Source of the DNA: Planctomycetota bacterium
GTDB lineage: Bacteria; Planctomycetota; UBA8742; UBA2392
DNA: 64,000 nucleotides
Direction of reading: 5' to 3'
Assembly: GCA_022071975.1 (NCBI GenBank)
Contig: JAJVIO010000019.1
Coordinates: forward strand, 64,570 to 128,569
Shown piece by piece: positions 59,702 to 64,000 of the stretch. A model generated the notes under the pieces. It was not told where the DNA came from. It saw only the letters and a list, made by a program, of their open reading frames with translations, and ran no database searches. A program made the translations under genes and the position numbers. How positions within the stretch are numbered: position 1 is the stretch's first letter; each line of letters opens with the position of its first letter.

Positions 59702-61222
59702 ATGCAACCGACGGCCATACTTCCATCTGAGCCCGAGGGTCTGCGCAATCCGCGACTGCGCAAGGCACTTGCGTCATCACTGGCCATTGCGACCGTTGGC
59801 ACCTTGCTCGGGGCGGCGGCCTACAACACCGACCCGTTGCTGGGCTCGGCCCTTGGCGCCGGCGTGGGTTTCCTGCTGGGCGCGATTGTCGGCGCTTTCA
59901 CCGACTGGCGCATCGGGCTGGCGCTGCTGGTGGTGGTCCTGATCGGTGAAGACTCCCTTCGCAAAGCCGTGCCGGGATCCCCTTACACGATTTCCCTCGG
60001 CAAGGATCTCCTGATAGCCGCCTGCTACCTGTGCTATGCCTTCCGGCCGCAATTGCGCAGGCCGCTGCGCCGGGCGGACAATCTTGAGCAGTGGGGCATT
60101 TACTTTCCCATCCTGGCATGGATGGCCTTTGTCGTGCTGGAGGCGGCGAACCCGGCCATTCCCAACATACTGGTCGGCATCTCGGGAATCCGTACCTGGC
60201 TGCTGTACATGCCGATGATGGTGCTGATGTCGAACTTCTTCCGAAGCAACACGTCGGCCGACAGTTTCCTGCGGGCGCTGGCCTACCTGGCGATCCCGAT
60301 CTTTATCATCACGCTGCTTCAGAACTCTTTCTACGACAGCCTTCCGCCATTTCTGCGTGAAAGCGCGTTCCGAAAGATCCGCATTCTCGAGAGCGGCGGA
60401 GAAGTCCGTTACAACGAATCGATCTTCGCCAGCCCTACCCTGCTGGCGCTCGTATGCGTGTTCCAGCTTTGCCTGGTAATCGGGCTGCTGAAGGTTGCCC
60501 GACCGCGTCGGCAACGCATCTGGCTCTGGATTGCTGGTTACTGTGCGATCATGTCGGCTCACCTGTCTGGCATCCGCACCGGCCTGCTGTTCTGTGGCAT
60601 CGCCATCCTGACCTGCCTGCCCTTGATCCTGTACCGGTTCGAGAAGTTGCCGGGCCAGCCGCGACGCCACCGACCGGGGCTGATCACCGGCGGTCTGATC
60701 GGGCTGTTGCTGGGCTCAATGCTGGTCGGCTTCATGGAGGGCAACCGGGCGGAGGCATTCTGGACATCCATCCAGCCGCAACTCGTGGAAGAGCGCATGG
60801 ACGTCGCCATCGCTGTTACCGATGACTTCGGCGGCGGCCTGTTGGGCAACGGCACTGGCAGTGCGGGCAAGTCTGGGCGCGTGATGAACCTTCTGGGCAA
60901 ACCGAGCCCCGGCAACGAAGCCGTTGAGTGGGGCACCGCGCTGGTGCGCTACAGCTTCGGGGTTGTGGGTATGTGGCTGGGCGCAATCCTCGGACTTTGG
61001 GCGCTCTTTGGCTTGCTGCGCGCCGCGACGGTGAACCGTGACGCGCCCTTTGCGCCGGTCCGCTATGTGCTATGGGTGTACGTTGGCGCGCAGTTAAGCT
61101 GGTTCCTGTTCAAGGCCTACCCGGTGCTGGAAAACGGGACCCTGGGAGTGTTGTACTGGAGCAGCGCCGGGCTGATCATCGGCCTGCGCAGGCTGGATGA
61201 AGTCACAGAGGTCAGAGGCTAG
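59702..61222 (+). CDS. O-antigen ligase/polymerase-like (Wzy_C) membrane protein
   Basis: About 11 TM helices with a large loop ..RILESGGEVRYNESIFASPT.. and ..MSAHLSGIRTGLL.. (Wzy_C-like). Start ATG 59702. Confidence 0.65.
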   Translation: MQPTAILPSEPEGLRNPRLRKALASSLAIATVGTLLGAAAYNTDPLLGSALGAGVGFLLGAIVGAFTDWRIGLALLVVVLIGEDSLRKAVPGSPYTISLGKDLLIAACYLCYAFRPQLRRPLRRADNLEQWGIYFPILAWMAFVVLEAANPAIPNILVGISGIRTWLLYMPMMVLMSNFFRSNTSADSFLRALAYLAIPIFIITLLQNSFYDSLPPFLRESAFRKIRILESGGEVRYNESIFASPTLLALVCVFQLCLVIGLLKVARPRRQRIWLWIAGYCAIMSAHLSGIRTGLLFCGIAILTCLPLILYRFEKLPGQPRRHRPGLITGGLIGLLLGSMLVGFMEGNRAEAFWTSIQPQLVEERMDVAIAVTDDFGGGLLGNGTGSAGKSGRVMNLLGKPSPGNEAVEWGTALVRYSFGVVGMWLGAILGLWALFGLLRAATVNRDAPFAPVRYVLWVYVGAQLSWFLFKAYPVLENGTLGVLYWSSAGLIIGLRRLDEVTEVRG

Positions 61223-61302
61223 AGGTCGGAGGTAAGGGTACTGTCCCCGCGCTGACAGGCCGTGGCGTATCCCCGGCCTATGACTTCTAATCTCTGCCCT
61301 CT
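61205..61302 (+). repeat. Heptad-periodic hairpin H8 (CAGAGGT units / CTnnnCT units)
   Basis: 5' arm CAGAGGTCAGAGGCTAGAGGTCGGAGGTAAGGG (61205-61237) includes the last 5 codons and the TAG of the upstream gene. 3' arm CCCCGGCCTATGACTTCTAATCTCTGCCCTCT (61271-61302) abuts ATG 61303. Confidence 0.7.
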
Positions 61303-62373
61303 ATGAAAGTCCTGCACGTTATCCCAAGTATCGCGCCGGCCCAGGGCGGCCTGCGCACCGGCACACTGGCAACCTGCCGCGCCATGCAGGCCGTGGGCAT
61401 CACGCCGGAGATTGCCTGCCTGGATGCGCAAGCGGACGCGGAGGGCATCGCGGTCCACTGCTTCAGGCCGGGTTTGCGTGTGCTGGGAGCGAGCAGAACC
61501 ATGCGCGAATGGCTGAGCGCGCATGCGGGCGAATACCAGGCCGTCATCGCACACGTTGTCTGGCTGAACCCGGCCCATTACGCCGCCGCGGCGGCGGCCA
61601 AAGCCGGCGTGCCGCTGTACCTTGCATCGCGCGGGATGCTGGACCCGGATGCCCTGGCACATCATCGACTGCGCAAACTGATCCGCTGGCACCTGGGTGC
61701 CCGCAAGCTGGTGCGCAGCAGCGTGCTGGTGTTTTCATCTGAAGCCGACCGACAGCGCAGTCTGTCGCACCCTGAGCTTTCGGGCGCGCGCGCCGTGGTG
61801 GTACCCAACCCCGTCGAGCCGATCCAGCCGCATGACCAACCCGGCCCGCCCCTGATCGTGTGCCTGAACCGCCTGCACCCGCGTAAGGGCGTCCGTGAAT
61901 GGGTGGCGGCGTTGCTCGCGCTCAAGGCTGAGGGTCTGCCTTTCCGCGCCATCCACGCCGGTCCGGTCGAGGACGCCGCCTACGCTGCTCAAGTGATGAA
62001 CAGCGCAGCGGGGATCGTTAACTTCAAAGGCGTGATCGACAACCCGGCCGCTCGTGAGCTGATCGCGTCCGCGCGCATCGTGGTGCACCCTGCGGTAGGC
62101 TTCGAGAATTTCGGCAATGTAATCGCGGAGGGTATAGCCGCCGGGCGCGCGGTGGTGGCATCGCGCCGGGCGCTGGTGACGCCGGAACTGGAGGCCGCCG
62201 GCGTGGTCATCGGCGTGGAGCCCACGATCGAGCAGCTGGCCGCCGCCATGCGCAAGCTGTTACAGGATGACCGCGCAACTGCCGAACTGGGCCGCAGGGC
62301 CCGCACTTATGCGAACGAACACTTCAGCCTTCAGGCCGTGGGCCGGCGCTGGCGCGACATCCTGCGAGGCTGA
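61303..62373 (+). CDS. GT4-family glycosyltransferase
   Basis: MKVLHVIPS.. and the C-terminal ..VHPAVGFENFGNVIAEGIAAGRAVVAS.. E-x7-E region. Confidence 0.8.
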   Translation: MKVLHVIPSIAPAQGGLRTGTLATCRAMQAVGITPEIACLDAQADAEGIAVHCFRPGLRVLGASRTMREWLSAHAGEYQAVIAHVVWLNPAHYAAAAAAKAGVPLYLASRGMLDPDALAHHRLRKLIRWHLGARKLVRSSVLVFSSEADRQRSLSHPELSGARAVVVPNPVEPIQPHDQPGPPLIVCLNRLHPRKGVREWVAALLALKAEGLPFRAIHAGPVEDAAYAAQVMNSAAGIVNFKGVIDNPAARELIASARIVVHPAVGFENFGNVIAEGIAAGRAVVASRRALVTPELEAAGVVIGVEPTIEQLAAAMRKLLQDDRATAELGRRARTYANEHFSLQAVGRRWRDILRG

Positions 62374-62454
62374 CGCGGCTTCTCCACAAGCAGCAAACCC
62401 TTACCAAGCATGACTCGAAACTTATAGTGGAGTCTGCACTTACACATTGCGGGG

Positions 62455-63396
62455 ATGCGCTGCATGAGCAACGAGCTGGCACCGGAAGGACCGGAACTTG
62501 TCCCGGAAGGCATGGGCTTCGATGAAGAAGCAGGCAGCGAGGATGCTTCCCACCTGCTGCCGCCCATTCGCGAGTTGCCGCAAGACCGCGAGTACCTGCC
62601 CGGTGCCTTCTACAGCATCCAGGCCGCTAACGGTACGCCCGCCAACCCGCCCCAGCAGCTGGGTGAAATCCTCGGCCAGGGGTTGTTCCAGAGCTTGACC
62701 GACGTGCACTTGTTCGGGCGCAATGCCGATTCAGAACCATGGCTCGAGGTCGGCCCCATGACGCCGGAACCCGTGCAGATCCTGGTGAGCCAGGAACTGC
62801 TGCCGGCCACCGGCGAGCCGCTGGCACAGGACGACCTGGAGATGTTTGAAATGGTCGCCGGCCGCGTCGCCAAGACACTCAAGCGCGGCAAACAGCCGCC
62901 GAAGGAAGACGCCGCCAAGGCCGCCACGCGCAGCGCTGAGCTGGCGGGCATGAAGGGAAAGCTGGCCGACACGTTCGGGCTCGCGCTGAATGGCAGCTTC
63001 AAGCTGGCTGATGTGACGGACTGCTGCCTCTGCCTCGGTATGAAGCGTGTGGGGGACGGCTTTGCCTGGTTCGGCGGCAAGGCCACCGGCGACCCGATCT
63101 TCCATGTAACCGTGGCGGGCGCAAAACTGGCGCCGGGCGCACAGGGCGCGACGAAAAAGATCAACTTCAACTACAAGGTCGCGGCCGTGAACCAGCCCCG
63201 CAAAGTGCTGGAGCGCATCTTTGCCTGCACCTACTACTTCCATAAGCGCCTGGGGGGCGATGTGACCCTCGACGATGGCAGCGCCCCCGGCGACGGCGTC
63301 GCGCGTGGCGAACACCCGCGCCTGGAGGCCGCGATCAAGAAGGTCGAAGCCGCCCGCCTGCGCCCGGGCCATGTCGTGACCAGGCGCCTGGCATAG
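62455..63396 (+). CDS. Hypothetical protein (C-terminal half weakly ZipA_C-like)
   Basis: 313-aa ORF with an acidic/Pro-rich N-terminus. The C-terminal ..FHVTVAGAKLAPG..INFNYKVAAV..YYFHKRLGGDVTLDDG.. has a pattern reminiscent of ZipA C-terminal domains. Not verified. Confidence 0.45.
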   Translation: MRCMSNELAPEGPELVPEGMGFDEEAGSEDASHLLPPIRELPQDREYLPGAFYSIQAANGTPANPPQQLGEILGQGLFQSLTDVHLFGRNADSEPWLEVGPMTPEPVQILVSQELLPATGEPLAQDDLEMFEMVAGRVAKTLKRGKQPPKEDAAKAATRSAELAGMKGKLADTFGLALNGSFKLADVTDCCLCLGMKRVGDGFAWFGGKATGDPIFHVTVAGAKLAPGAQGATKKINFNYKVAAVNQPRKVLERIFACTYYFHKRLGGDVTLDDGSAPGDGVARGEHPRLEAAIKKVEAARLRPGHVVTRRLA

Positions 63397-63399
63397 TGA

Positions 63400-64000
63400 T
63401 CACTGTTCCCAGGGCGCCAGCTTGAGTGGCTCGCCGGCCTGCATCCGCTGCAGGTCTCGTTTGGCGTCTTCCATGAATGAAAGGCCGGGCGGCGCTTTGT
63501 GCAGGAAGCGAGCCGCTTCCTCGGTAACCGCGGGCTCGTTTGGTTTGCCAGCCACGCGGTAGGATACCAGGTGGAACATCCAGTCGATCGCCGGTTCGTC
63601 GCTCGCGGCGGACAGCTTGCGCAACTCCGCGATGTCGTTCAGCCACACAAGCAGCAGTGCCATGCTGCGCCGCGTATCATCGGCCGCCTCTGACTGACCA
63701 TGCGCGGACTGCAGATCGGCCACACGCTTCAAGCTCTCAGCGGCCTCGCGTGTCAGCTGCCGGGCGCGGTCGACTCCGAGCTGCCGGTCGGTCACCACCA
63801 TGCCTTTGTTCACGGCCGCGAGCAGCTTCAGTGCCATCACGAATTCCGGCTCGGTTTTCAGCAGCTCGCGCAGCTTTTCGGCGCAGGCGGCGAAGCGTTC
63901 CGAGTCGTACTCAAGCTCCGCGGACTGATAGGCCAGCAGGGTCTTTGCCTTCGTGTGCGGCGAGGGGCGCTCACGCGTGTCGCTCAGCGACTCCGGCTCG
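63400..64000 (-). CDS. Helical (TPR-like) hypothetical protein, 5' end beyond the window
   Basis: The frame of ORF 63400..63840 stays open, with no start codon, up to nt 64000 (..LAYQSAELEYDSERFAACAEKLRELLKTEPEFVMALKLL..). Confidence 0.5.
   Translation of the reverse strand, partial: EPESLSDTRERPSPHTKAKTLLAYQSAELEYDSERFAACAEKLRELLKTEPEFVMALKLLAAVNKGMVVTDRQLGVDRARQLTREAAESLKRVADLQSAHGQSEAADDTRRSMALLLVWLNDIAELRKLSAASDEPAIDWMFHLVSYRVAGKPNEPAVTEEAARFLHKAPPGLSFMEDAKRDLQRMQAGEPLKLAPWEQ

Noticed and set aside
1-64000. Prophage, IS element, integron or genomic-island boundaries.
   Set aside because: No integrase, transposase, recombinase, phage structural gene or tRNA attachment site was recognised. 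The only mobile-looking items are the short non-autonomous repeats reported above.

Overview
High-GC (~65%) bacterial chromosomal segment. It is densely packed with about 65 protein genes. I saw no rRNA, tRNA, CRISPR array, transposase or integrase. All product calls come from motif and domain recognition by eye; no search was run.

Gene content, in order:
- An O-antigen/teichoic-type ABC exporter with glycosyltransferases and wecB (0.1-7.3 kb).
- Envelope and housekeeping genes: lnt, lysA, lolD, accD, an mgtE-like gene and a Kef-type antiporter.
- A ParE-type TA remnant.
- A glycine-cleavage operon (gcvT-gcvH-gcvPA-gcvPB), followed by an aminotransferase, mcsA-mcsB and a PfkB kinase.
- A tpiA-secG-yicC-gmk-rpoZ-coaC block on the minus strand.
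- aat.
- A small regulator-rich accessory cluster (42-50 kb).
- An ECF sigma module (50.4-54.3 kb).
- A second polysaccharide locus with Wza, Wzz, an O-antigen-ligase-like protein, UXS and glycosyltransferases (54.3-62.4 kb).

Most unusual observations:
1. Eight long hairpins sit exactly at gene junctions, and each arm is built from tandem 7-nt units. One carries a complete four-helix-bundle ('23S rRNA intervening-sequence protein' family) gene in its loop, between gcvPA and gcvPB.
2. An ArsM-like methyltransferase has an in-frame TGA at the position of the conserved C-terminal Cys. A SECIS-like stem-loop follows it directly, and the reading frame continues 55 codons to a strong terminator. 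This is a candidate selenoprotein.
3. A 160-bp MITE-like element lies between two convergent stop codons.
4. Two further genes are interrupted in frame: a Kef antiporter by TAA, and a ParE toxin by TGA plus a frameshift.
5. There are several GC-rich palindromic repeat families.

The lineage is uncertain. The gene content and repeat style are reminiscent of PVC-group bacteria, but I cannot verify that.
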